Below, piece after piece: positions 45,951 through 55,045 of a stretch of 64,000 nt of DNA. The stretch is from Bacteroidota bacterium. GTDB lineage: Bacteria; Bacteroidota; Ignavibacteria; Kapaibacteriales; UBA2268. The translations under genes and the position numbers were made by a program. The notes under the pieces are model-generated. The model was not told the DNA's origin. It searched no databases and worked only from the letters and a program-made list of their open reading frames with translations. The DNA is taken from NCBI GenBank assembly GCA_024278075.1, contig JAJRTW010000155.1, positions 4,191 to 68,190 of the forward strand, written 5' to 3'. The first letter of the stretch is position 1. Every line of letters starts with the position of its first letter.

Positions 45951-48900
45951 TTGAGCAACTGGAACCGCAAGTGGCCTCGCAAAGCCGATACAAAACCATC
46001 ATTAATGCGTGTCCTGAAAAGAATTCATAAACATTATATAGGATATGGTGCAGAGGCATTCAAATATAGTTTAGACGAATATATTAGGCTCTACTTGGAT
46101 TATAGGTTCCAGGGAAAGGGAATCAATAACTATAAAGGTGATATCGAATCAAGAGAATATATTGTAATGTATTACGGACTTGATACGCTCCCTGAGCCGT
46201 ATGCTTCATTGGTAAACGATTTTATTGGTCAAAGCAAGAATATATCATCTCCAACAATAAATTCAGGCAAGGACATGACATTAATGGAACAAGCACAGCA
46301 CAACTTCGAGAAAATAACGAAGCTGTATTCATTGGCCAAAGAGAAAGGGAAAATCAAACCTGATATGATCTCCGCTCTTGACAATGGATTTGAGTCTATT
46401 GGTGACTTGATTGGTGTGGTATATGAACCGGTAAATATTATAAACCCAGATAAATTAAAGAAAATCAACTATGCACCCGGCAATACGACAACAATTGAAA
46501 CGCCAAACGAATCCATAAAAGCAAAGTATGTGTTAGTGCCACTCATGGACTTAATAGAATCTAATGATCCGTATTCGTTTAAAAGGAACCCGGATTATCC
46601 TGAATTTTGCCAAACCAGGAATTATGCACAGACGAAAGCCGAACAAAATAAGGTAATTAGCTTTTCCAAAGATTTCAAACCGGAACATCTGATTAATAAT
46701 TCGCCGGACGCCACAACAGGCCCACCAATTATCACAAAAGAAGGGATCGTGCTTGGCGGAAATGGACGGGCAATGATTTTAAAGCGAATTCATCATAAAA
46801 AAGGTTTTGATGAGTATTCTCAATTATTAGAACGGAATTTAGAATCATTCGGATTTAGTCCAGGCTGTGCGGCCCACATGATTCTTGCCCGCATGATTGA
46901 TATTGACTATAAAAAATGTGCCGCATATAGTAATAAACTTAATCAATCGACTATGCAGGAACGGGACGCAGTGACACTCGGTATCGGCTATGCGAAGCAA
47001 ATTAGTGAACAGGATTATACAACACTCGCAAAAATATTTGAGAATTCCGAAGAATCAACTTTTTCGGCCACACTGAATAATGCCGTTTCGCAACGACAAA
47101 TCATTTCCGTACTGGAGAAGTCAGGGCTGATTACTCCACAAAACCGTACTCAATGGATTAGCGAAGGCACCGGCGAACTTTCCAAGCAAGGCCGTGCGAT
47201 ATTAGAATCCGTTCTTATCGGCTATATTATGCCGGATAAGGCATTGATGGAAGCGGCACAGAACTATACAAATAAATTAGTCAAGTCACTGCCATTATTG
47301 ATACAAATTCACAATATGTCCGGCACGTGGAATATAGTGCCGGATATAAAAACGGCTATCCGGGAAGAAGTTAAACGACGGCGTGCAGGTGCGACAAAGG
47401 CGGATTATTTACGGCAGGATGATATGTTCGCAAGTGGCAAATCGGATATTGTGCCGGAGAATGTTCAATTAGTTTGGAAAGCCCTGGACGGTGGGGTATT
47501 GCAATTCCGTGATTTCCTCAAGAAATACATTCGCACGGCAAACAATGAAATGTCCGGCGGCTCGATGTTCGGCGAATCCAAAGTAAAATCAATCGACGTT
47601 CTTCGCAAACACATTAGCAATACAGGACTTGGTGATAATATGTCATTAATGCAACAAGCACAGCAGCAGTTCGAGAAAATAACGAAGCTGTATTCATTGG
47701 CCAAAGAGAAGGGGAAAATCAAGTCTGATATGATCTCCGCTCTTGACAATGGATTTAAGTCTATCGGCGAATTGATTGGTGTGGTGTATGAGCCGGTGGT
47801 AAAGACAAGGACACGGGAGTGGGCTTTGATAATGAGTATTCTGGACACACATGAATTTTGCATGCATAAATCAAATTCTTCACAAAGAGAACGTAAAGAA
47901 TGCAGAGAATTAAACGAGTCCCGACAAAAGGAATTGTTAATACTAACATTGACAAAACCAATTAAGCCCATAATGGATATAACAGATTTTAGTAAAATTG
48001 AGGAAACAGTATATAATATATTATATGCCCGCAGACCTAATACTATAATATCACAGTTAAAGAAATATAGGATAAATCAAAAGCTAACTGATGAAATGAT
48101 TCTTGACGTTACGGCTATATATATGTCCGGTGAAACAAGCCGAAATCAGCCGATATTCCATCGCAAAGTAGATGCTTTAATGAAGCAAAAGAAGAAGAAT
48201 ATTAGACTATGGAATAAGATGAGAGCTTATCTCCCTACTCTTGGTACGACCGATAATACATTATGGGACATAGCATTTAAGGAAAAAGGCGATATAGTAT
48301 CGAGACATGGAGAGGAGATAATCTTTTCACCAACTTATGAAGAACTTATTTATTGGATATATGAATATAGTGATATAAAGCCAAAAGCTGAGACAGTTCC
48401 CAAACCACAGGAAAAGAAAACGGAGACTAAAACAAATAACAACAAATTCCCGTTCCCTGGCGATGCAATAAAAAAGACTGAATTTGATAAATGGTTCGAG
48501 ACTGCCGAAAGGAACTACAAAGCTAAAGATTTAAGTTATTCTGCATTCCAGGAATTGGATGAAATGTTCGCTCCCATAGGTGAAGACGACCAGAAGGCCA
48601 TTGTTCAATATCTGTTCGCCAATGCACCGGACAAACTTAAGAAATTAGTAATGTATGGTAAAAAAGCAGCAACCACTGGTTGGTGGGAAGCTGATAATAT
48701 GAGTAAAAATGCACCTCCGACAAGTGATTTCGACGCAGGAAAAGATATTCCTGCTGAATTCCAAAAACATAGACGAATCAAAATTGTTGACTATGAATTG
48801 AAACCGGACAATGAAAATCTTTGGGGAATTATAGGAACAAGCATCAGTACAGATGTTCACCGCCCCCCAATGAATGGGGCTGAGTTTAATGATAAAGGTG

Positions 48901-50381
48901 TCGTAACAACTGACAGCTACCGTATCGCATTCATCCCGGGCAAAGTATCGAAAGTCAAAGAAGCAAAAATATTCAAAGAGACTAATTCTTATGGCCGAGA
49001 AAAGATTCATCCCGTCTATCACCCTGACGGCAGCTTTATTGATGAAACATTTGCACCCTGGGAAAGTGTTATTCCTAATATATCAACTACGATTGCAACG
49101 GCTAATACTCAGGAATTATTAAACCAATTATATACTTATAAATATTGGTTCCGTTGGGTATATCGAATTGGAAATGGCTATACAGCACCTGTGGTTATTA
49201 ATTTTGATGGCAATAAAAGAATGTCATTCAACCCGGATTATATGCTTGATGCTGTTACATTTATGGCAAAGTTAGGAGTTGAAACAATCTATTTCCAGGT
49301 TGACATGAGCAAACCTGAAGATGCACCTACTAAGCCATTAATTCTAATAGGTAATAAGAATGCTACCGCAAGTGATTGCAAAGTCCCGTTCCATTTAATT
49401 ATGCCTATACGATTAGATAATGAAGATTATCCCGATACACTGATTTATACCCGTATAGGTGCTGAACCTGGGAATGTAGGGCTGTCTGATGAACTATCAA
49501 TGAATGCCGATCCTTTGCAAATAGCATTATTCGACGATCAGAGAACGCCCGGCAACATCAGTAGCCTCGGCGACGACATTCAACCAAACGACATTCAGCC
49601 GATTGAAGAATTACAACCATTGCAACCGATTACTCCGATTGCGACTACGGGCGGGGATCAAGCAGCCTCAATAAACAACAGCGAAGTCCCCGACCCGGAT
49701 TATATTCCGTTCGACGATCCGAGGCATAATGTACTGCCTGAATTAGCAACGGCACAGGATATATCCAGTCAGGTATTTAGTAGCAAACCGTTGAAACTTG
49801 GCCGCACCCGAATATTGTTCGACAATATGTTGGATGATGCTAATATGTTAATCTACGGGCCAAGAGGCGAAGGCAAAACTACGTTTGCATTGCAATACAT
49901 AAACGATCTATCGAAAAACGGCGATGTATTATATGTAATGACCGAAGAGGGTATAAGCACACGATTGAAAGAACGGCTCCGGTGGAATAAAATAAATGCA
50001 AAAAATATCAGCTTCCTCGAAACAAGAGACTTCCACATCCTGAGAGAATATCTCGATTCTGGCAATTATAAATTTGTAGTGATTGATTCGCATAACAAAA
50101 TCGAAGGGGCTACTCAAAAACAAATCATCGAATTGCTTGATGAATATTCTAATATATCTTTTGTTATCATTGCACGGATGGACAAAGAAGCAAAAATATA
50201 CAGAGGTGATTCAGATTGGGAATATGACGTTGATACTGTTGTGAAACTCGAAAAAGGGAATGCAACAACTATTAAACACAGAGACGGCCCGTCAGGTAAG
50301 ATAATGCGGGTACTCCCAAGCAAAGCATGGGGACAATTAAATAATTCGCAATTAATAAATTCAAATGTTAAATCAGCATAA
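45951..50381 (+). CDS. Giant 1476-aa multidomain protein: ParB-like N-region (tentative), intragenic duplicated segment, C-terminal RecA/DnaB-like P-loop ATPase
   Basis: Walker A 'LIYGPRGEGKTTFA' and Walker B 'KFVVIDSHNK'. 'ITKEGIVLGGNGRAMILKRI' resembles the ParB GxxRxxA motif. A 155-nt near-identical duplication lies at 46270-46445 and 47634-47810. Confidence 0.55.
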   Translation: MSNWNRKWPRKADTKPSLMRVLKRIHKHYIGYGAEAFKYSLDEYIRLYLDYRFQGKGINNYKGDIESREYIVMYYGLDTLPEPYASLVNDFIGQSKNISSPTINSGKDMTLMEQAQHNFEKITKLYSLAKEKGKIKPDMISALDNGFESIGDLIGVVYEPVNIINPDKLKKINYAPGNTTTIETPNESIKAKYVLVPLMDLIESNDPYSFKRNPDYPEFCQTRNYAQTKAEQNKVISFSKDFKPEHLINNSPDATTGPPIITKEGIVLGGNGRAMILKRIHHKKGFDEYSQLLERNLESFGFSPGCAAHMILARMIDIDYKKCAAYSNKLNQSTMQERDAVTLGIGYAKQISEQDYTTLAKIFENSEESTFSATLNNAVSQRQIISVLEKSGLITPQNRTQWISEGTGELSKQGRAILESVLIGYIMPDKALMEAAQNYTNKLVKSLPLLIQIHNMSGTWNIVPDIKTAIREEVKRRRAGATKADYLRQDDMFASGKSDIVPENVQLVWKALDGGVLQFRDFLKKYIRTANNEMSGGSMFGESKVKSIDVLRKHISNTGLGDNMSLMQQAQQQFEKITKLYSLAKEKGKIKSDMISALDNGFKSIGELIGVVYEPVVKTRTREWALIMSILDTHEFCMHKSNSSQRERKECRELNESRQKELLILTLTKPIKPIMDITDFSKIEETVYNILYARRPNTIISQLKKYRINQKLTDEMILDVTAIYMSGETSRNQPIFHRKVDALMKQKKKNIRLWNKMRAYLPTLGTTDNTLWDIAFKEKGDIVSRHGEEIIFSPTYEELIYWIYEYSDIKPKAETVPKPQEKKTETKTNNNKFPFPGDAIKKTEFDKWFETAERNYKAKDLSYSAFQELDEMFAPIGEDDQKAIVQYLFANAPDKLKKLVMYGKKAATTGWWEADNMSKNAPPTSDFDAGKDIPAEFQKHRRIKIVDYELKPDNENLWGIIGTSISTDVHRPPMNGAEFNDKGVVTTDSYRIAFIPGKVSKVKEAKIFKETNSYGREKIHPVYHPDGSFIDETFAPWESVIPNISTTIATANTQELLNQLYTYKYWFRWVYRIGNGYTAPVVINFDGNKRMSFNPDYMLDAVTFMAKLGVETIYFQVDMSKPEDAPTKPLILIGNKNATASDCKVPFHLIMPIRLDNEDYPDTLIYTRIGAEPGNVGLSDELSMNADPLQIALFDDQRTPGNISSLGDDIQPNDIQPIEELQPLQPITPIATTGGDQAASINNSEVPDPDYIPFDDPRHNVLPELATAQDISSQVFSSKPLKLGRTRILFDNMLDDANMLIYGPRGEGKTTFALQYINDLSKNGDVLYVMTEEGISTRLKERLRWNKINAKNISFLETRDFHILREYLDSGNYKFVVIDSHNKIEGATQKQIIELLDEYSNISFVIIARMDKEAKIYRGDSDWEYDVDTVVKLEKGNATTIKHRDGPSGKIMRVLPSKAWGQLNNSQLINSNVKSA

Positions 50382-50393
50382 GGAGGGCATATC

Positions 50394-50675
50394 ATGCCAG
50401 CAACAGCGAAAGTATCCACAAAGAAAAATGTCCGAATTTCCGGGCTGACAAAAAAGGATAAAGTTCAGGAAATAAGTGTGCCGGGACATGGCTCATTTAA
50501 AAAAGTCAAAGCCCGTAAATCTTCATCGGCTTCCAAACGCAAGGCATCGGCTAAGAAAAGCACTCCCTGGACACCAGCCAAACGCAAGGCCGCAGCCAAA
50601 AAAGCAGCAGCCACCAGGAAGCGTAATGCACGAAAGAATAGGGCATCGAGCCGTAATAAGATGTTATACGGATAA
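50394..50675 (+). CDS. Small histone H1/AlgP-like K/A-rich basic protein
   Basis: 93 aa 'KRKASAKKSTPWTPAKRKAAAKKAAATRKRNARKNRA'. SD 'aaggaggg' upstream. Confidence 0.5.
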   Translation: MPATAKVSTKKNVRISGLTKKDKVQEISVPGHGSFKKVKARKSSSASKRKASAKKSTPWTPAKRKAAAKKAAATRKRNARKNRASSRNKMLYG

Positions 50676-50722
50676 TTCTTTCAATTTCAATCTATGGGGG
50701 GCATAAACGCCCCCACTTTATT

Positions 50723-51160
50723 ATGCAACACTTCCATTTCAATATGACTGAGGAGGAGGCGAAATTTTATTTTCTCAAACTCTCCAAACGATTGCACCCG
50801 GACAAAAATAACGCCCGGGATGCTAATAGCCAGTTCGATGAAATGAAAAAGGAATATGACGACTGGCTCGCCATTAAAAGGCACTGGAAGACATTAAAAA
50901 AACATTTCGGCACACCGCAAGTGATTATTAGAGAAGTAGTAAAGAAAGTGCCTGTTTATTATCCGCAATATATCGAACGGCAACCACAGCCGATTGATCC
51001 ACGCATAATGAATACCATTGAGAAATTGCCGGAAACGCTCGACAAAGGCATTGAAGCGGTCGGTGCCGCTATGAATTTGGTCTCGGGGCTAACCAAAGCA
51101 TTCAAACAAGGCGGGCAATATTACAGGCAGGTGAAAAAGGCAAATAATGGCCGACTATAG
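50723..51160 (+). CDS. J-domain (DnaJ-like) protein
   Basis: 'FYFLKLSKRLHPDKNNARDANSQFDEMKKEYD' carries the HPD motif. Confidence 0.6.
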   Translation: MQHFHFNMTEEEAKFYFLKLSKRLHPDKNNARDANSQFDEMKKEYDDWLAIKRHWKTLKKHFGTPQVIIREVVKKVPVYYPQYIERQPQPIDPRIMNTIEKLPETLDKGIEAVGAAMNLVSGLTKAFKQGGQYYRQVKKANNGRL

Positions 51161-51201
51161 ATGACTATAGCTATAGTTTGCATAATTTAAGGCAGTGTTA
51201 A

Positions 51202-51594
51202 TCAGGTATTCATCGTGTCACGATAAGCCTTTATCGCTTCATGGCCACCGAGTTTATTCAATTCTTGCATCCTTGACATAGGTGATTTGCCTCCATCACA
51301 AGGTTCAAAATTCTCATCTAACAACCCATGCTCTTGGGCAGTAAAGCAAGTGTACAATGCGTTATATCCAAGCCCCTCCGGCCATTTATTGGCTATGTGT
51401 TTGTAAATCCTCTCAGCTAACCCTATGCTGTCCACATGGACTCTAACTGTCTTGCGACCCCATGATATTGTTACCATTGGCCCGAATGCTTTAGCGAAGA
51501 ATCTTTTAAATCTGTTCTCTGGCAGAAGAGCTTCTTTAAATAAATCTTTCCGGTGTGTGCTAAAGAAATCTACAATTATTTCGTTTTTTTTCAT
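51202..51594 (-). CDS. Hypothetical protein
   Basis: The start was set at the internal ATG (MKKNEII..) preceded by the SD AGGAGG. Confidence 0.4.
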   Translation of the reverse strand: MKKNEIIVDFFSTHRKDLFKEALLPENRFKRFFAKAFGPMVTISWGRKTVRVHVDSIGLAERIYKHIANKWPEGLGYNALYTCFTAQEHGLLDENFEPCDGGKSPMSRMQELNKLGGHEAIKAYRDTMNT

Positions 51595-51632
51595 TATTAT
51601 TATTCCTCCTAACTTTATTATTAATAATATTA

Positions 51633-52163
51633 CTAACTCTGTTTCTGGCACTTCTCAATTAATTTATATAGGTCAACTTTGATTTGCAAATAGGTACCTT
51701 TCCATTTCTGGAGATTCGCCGGGTCTTTGGATATTCTAAGCGTCTCAGCGTTTTGCTCATCGAGGATTTCAGGCAGGTAATGTAAGTAGGTCATGCCTCC
51801 GGGTTTTGTCAGTATGCGTGTTGCGTAGTATTCGATCAATGACCACCGCCAGTTGAAATGCGTAACGCCGGGCTTCTTCCAGGCTATATGCGTTGCAATG
51901 GAACGCCACACGCCGAGCCATTCCGTCGTTATTCGCAAGAAGGCGTAGAACGATTCGAGAATATCGTAATGGGCTTTTTCGTCCTGAAGCCGATAAAATG
52001 TTATCACTTCAACAGAGAATTTCATTATTTCCTCATGCGACGCCTGCAATAATTGCTGATCCAGACCTTCGAAGCAATCCGTTTCGGACAATGTGGATGC
52101 TTCGGTGAACACCATGTTGCCGGAAGCCATCCTGTCGAATATTTTTTTGTATCTGTTTATCAT
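51633..52163 (-). CDS. Hypothetical protein
   Basis: 176-aa ORF. Confidence 0.4.
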   Translation of the reverse strand: MINRYKKIFDRMASGNMVFTEASTLSETDCFEGLDQQLLQASHEEIMKFSVEVITFYRLQDEKAHYDILESFYAFLRITTEWLGVWRSIATHIAWKKPGVTHFNWRWSLIEYYATRILTKPGGMTYLHYLPEILDEQNAETLRISKDPANLQKWKGTYLQIKVDLYKLIEKCQKQS

Positions 52164-52190
52164 TGGGAATCCCTAATTTTAGTAATAGTC

Positions 52191-52796
52191 TCAGCCATAA
52201 CAAACTATATGCTTGCCTTCAACAAATTTATCAATAATATTATCTTTGAATCTTTTTTTCATGTCTGGAGAGTATTTCTTGTAATAACTTTGCTCAATTT
52301 CACTCACCGGCTCAGATGGGTAATTACTAAAATATTTTTTCCAATGCTCAAGCAATGTTGCCTTATCAGTTACACAGGGCGAATCCCACATATCGTCTTC
52401 GTAAAATTTATCGTTAGCCCCTCTGCGTTGGTAGCCTACTTTCTTAGTCCTAAGACACTTTACTTTTTTCTTAGATAGAGGAGGGTTTATAAATTCGATT
52501 GATTTGCCATCGCTATCTCGAAAATAATAAGTCGCCTCACCTACTTCTTCACCAAAATCAGTATCGAGCCATTCTAAATCTTCCAATTTATTATATCCTT
52601 TCCCCAATGCCGCCTTATTCAGATCGTATTCTTCTATTTCTTTTAAAAATGACATGTCTGCAAAATTAATTAATCCCGGGTGTTTCTCCATCTCAATATA
52701 TTCCGTCCATTCCAGATTACTTATTTCTGATTCTTTTACCCACACGATCTCATATAATATGATATCTAAGCCCATCATTTCCTCTCCTTTTTCCAC
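52191..52796 (-). CDS. Hypothetical protein
   Basis: 201-aa ORF. Confidence 0.4.
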   Translation of the reverse strand: MEKGEEMMGLDIILYEIVWVKESEISNLEWTEYIEMEKHPGLINFADMSFLKEIEEYDLNKAALGKGYNKLEDLEWLDTDFGEEVGEATYYFRDSDGKSIEFINPPLSKKKVKCLRTKKVGYQRRGANDKFYEDDMWDSPCVTDKATLLEHWKKYFSNYPSEPVSEIEQSYYKKYSPDMKKRFKDNIIDKFVEGKHIVCYG

Positions 52797-53023
52797 TCAA
52801 TTAATTTATCCCGATAAAAAACAGTAATCATGCGGTTGCGTGCGTCCCGGAGGTAATCCCAATGCACACCTTCCAGAAGTTGTGGCCGGATGAAATACAT
52901 CTTCCCGTCCTTCTTCTTCTGATCGAATCCCCTGTAAAGCTGCGACAGAGTAGAAGGGCGGATACCGAGCAATTCAGCAGCCGCCTTCGGGGTTATATTA
53001 TCTAATATTGCTTCAACGTTCAT
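52775..53023 (-). CDS. Small HTH DNA-binding protein (excisionase/MerR-like)
   Basis: 'AAELLGIRPSTLSQLYRG' is a helix-turn-helix motif. Confidence 0.45.
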   Translation of the reverse strand: MNVEAILDNITPKAAAELLGIRPSTLSQLYRGFDQKKKDGKMYFIRPQLLEGVHWDYLRDARNRMITVFYRDKLIEWKKERK

Positions 53024-53083
53024 TTTGCTTCAAGTTCTAAATATGTTTATTAATACAATGGCTCCTCCGTATTCCAGAAACAT

Positions 53084-53389
53084 TTACGCTATTAATTCAA
53101 TTACATTAGGATTAGCAATATCTCCCCGGATATTCCAGTTGAAATATCCGCATCGGGTAATATCCACTTTGTATTTCAAACCAATTCTCTTTATTCCTAA
53201 TTGAACAGTTCCTGCAGGTTCTTTATCTACTGTATGATTTTCATTTATCATGCTATTGCCGTTTTTATCCACGCCCAAAGCCCAAGGAACAGTCCAGAAC
53301 CACTCATTAGCTGGCATATTTTTAATAACTCTCTCCAAACTCTCTTCTATCATTTTTTGCGGGAATTTACTTTTATCTTGTTTCTTCAT
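53084..53389 (-). CDS. Hypothetical protein
   Basis: 101 aa. Confidence 0.35.
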   Translation of the reverse strand: MKKQDKSKFPQKMIEESLERVIKNMPANEWFWTVPWALGVDKNGNSMINENHTVDKEPAGTVQLGIKRIGLKYKVDITRCGYFNWNIRGDIANPNVIELIA

Positions 53390-53434
53390 TTTGATCCGCC
53401 TGTTATATTTTAATTATATTGAATAATTATATTG

Positions 53435-53500
53435 AACTTTTTTTTGGAATGCAGGCAGGATTTGAACCTGCGTAACGCCGCCCGTTCTGCATTCGAGGGG
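53435..53500 (-). repeat. tRNA 3'-end-like element A (T-arm 'gcaggttcaaatcctgc' + acceptor-like inverted repeat gaatgcag/ctgcattc)
   Basis: Minus strand: gaatgcag-aacgggcggcgttac-GCAGG-TTCAAAT-CCTGC-ctgcattcc. It is too short (~48 nt) to be a tRNA. About 90% identical to the element at 54978-55043. Confidence 0.6.
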
Positions 53501-53523
53501 TTATAATATAGAGTCGTAACCTG

Positions 53524-54096
53524 CTAATGTGATGAAACTTTATATTTATTAATTATCTCAATTATTTTATTTTCTTGCCTTGCTTGTTCCTTATATTTAT
53601 CAGCACAATCTGTAGAAAAGTCTACAGCCATACAAGCATAGTTTGCAGCTAAAACTGCGTTGGAATAAGAGTTAGCGTAAGTACCATCATGAATATTCTG
53701 ATTATAATAGTAAGCAGTTTTCGCTGCAAATTCAGCAGCAAAAGCAGCGTGCGCAGGTGCAACATGTGCATCTTCATAATCAAAGTATTCAGCAGAATCT
53801 TTACCTGCTTTGCTTGCATAAGCAGCCGCATGAGCTGCAAATTCTCTGCCATCTTCTGTGTTGTAATTTAATACTGTTTTGGCTGCTTTTATAGCGTGTT
53901 TGGGGCTATCATTGCGAGGATGTTCTTCAATATAATAATGCAGAACATTTTCAGCACAATCGATAGCAAATTCTAATACTATTTTTTGTCTCAGTTCTTC
54001 GCTATCGATTCTGCTAACTGTTAGGTTTTTTATCAACCGTGCTGTGAATTCTTCTGTTAGTAAGTATTTCATTTCGATTTTCCTGTTTATTGTCAA
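53524..54096 (-). CDS. Ala/His-rich helical-repeat protein (immunity-protein-like?)
   Basis: 190 aa with 'AAHAAAYASKA..AHAAFAAEFAAKTAYY..AVLAANYA' repeats. ATGA overlap with the upstream gene. Confidence 0.4.
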   Translation of the reverse strand: MTINRKIEMKYLLTEEFTARLIKNLTVSRIDSEELRQKIVLEFAIDCAENVLHYYIEEHPRNDSPKHAIKAAKTVLNYNTEDGREFAAHAAAYASKAGKDSAEYFDYEDAHVAPAHAAFAAEFAAKTAYYYNQNIHDGTYANSYSNAVLAANYACMAVDFSTDCADKYKEQARQENKIIEIINKYKVSSH

Positions 54097-54707
54097 AACA
54101 TTTTCCCCGGCGAGAACAACACTGTTTCTTTATACCAAAATTCGCTTAACGGGCCTTGCCCCGTGTTGTTGATTGTTATAGTGTACAACTTTTCCGCTGG
54201 ATCCGGCTTATAATTGTAAGCATGTCTTTCATTGCCCAGGCCGGTGGCATGGGCAAGCACGTAACAGCGTGCCGTACCCTTCGACACGTTGTTAAATACC
54301 ACTTCTCCATTGACAAATATTTTTGATATTTGACAATTTCCTTTCATTGCGTCTTCTTTTATTGCCTTGACCACGAGTTCCCAATGTACTCGTGGTACCT
54401 TATATGATGTTATCCGCAGAGTTTCATGCACGGATACATCATTATTGTTGTTGCTTTTAAATCCCATCTGCTTTAATTCTATTGCAACCGGATTGATGTC
54501 CCCCCGACGGTCTTCTATTCCGTCTCTGGTGACGCCCACGACGCCTTCGACTCGAACCGCCGTGGTGTCGTCCCACGGGTCATCGATGTTTGACACTTTT
54601 AAAAGGCCGCTTGGCCAATATGCTTTTACTCTATACTCGCAACCGATGGCTGTGAGTATAACATCTCCAATTTGTAATTCATTTTTCGAAAATAATGCTT
54701 TTTTCAT
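54093..54707 (-). CDS. Hypothetical protein (first gene of repeat-bracketed two-gene cassette)
   Basis: 204 aa. Confidence 0.4.
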   Translation of the reverse strand: MKKALFSKNELQIGDVILTAIGCEYRVKAYWPSGLLKVSNIDDPWDDTTAVRVEGVVGVTRDGIEDRRGDINPVAIELKQMGFKSNNNNDVSVHETLRITSYKVPRVHWELVVKAIKEDAMKGNCQISKIFVNGEVVFNNVSKGTARCYVLAHATGLGNERHAYNYKPDPAEKLYTITINNTGQGPLSEFWYKETVLFSPGKMF

Positions 54708-54714
54708 CTCAATT

Positions 54715-54900
54715 CTCCTGTTTATTGTGTCTTGTTCTCAAAATCCCTTTCTCGTCCCTTTCCCTTATAATAACCCGTTTTGTATCCAAGTGTTCTTCTG
54801 ACAATCCCATCCACATCACTTGATCCCCATTTGCATCATATTCGGCTTGCCGATAAACACCGTTTCTTTCCCAAAACCTTACTTCATTTCAGTCTCCATT
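54715..54900 (-). pseudogene. Frameshifted partial duplicate of the N-terminus of the 55046..55540 gene
   Basis: The 24-nt 'catttcagtctccatttgaattatt' (RBS + METEM start) is duplicated at 54884 and 55524. The downstream +1 frame encodes 'FWERNGVYRQAEYDANGDQVMW..', the same Y-x-D-x-N-G repeat type. Confidence 0.45.
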
Positions 54901-54977
54901 TGAATTATTTATCCCATTCTGGCATATCTTCCCAAGCTGCAATCATATCTTCATTTGATTATTGATAAAAAAATTCT

Positions 54978-55043
54978 TGAACTCGATTTGGGATGCAGCC
55001 AAGATTTGAACCTGCGTAACGCCGACCGCTCTGCATTCTGTAG
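54978..55043 (-). repeat. tRNA 3'-end-like element B (copy of element A)
   Basis: 'gggatgcagccaagatttgaacctgcgtaacgccgaccgctctgcattc' is about 90% identical to element A, with the same 'gaact' leader. Confidence 0.6.
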
Positions 55044-55045
55044 CA

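Noticed and set aside
46229-47971. Antisense ORFs 46229-46468 and 47465-47971 with similar proteins (..YTTPI(K/N)SPIDSNPLSRAEIISGLIFPFSLANEYSFVIFS..)
   Set aside because: They are reverse-strand images of the 155-nt intragenic duplication inside the 1476-aa gene, not independent genes.
53435-55043. Elements A and B as genuine tRNA genes
   Set aside because: They have only the T-arm plus an acceptor-like stem (~48 nt). There is no D-arm or anticodon arm in any register, so they are tRNA-like fragments or att-like repeats, not functional tRNAs.
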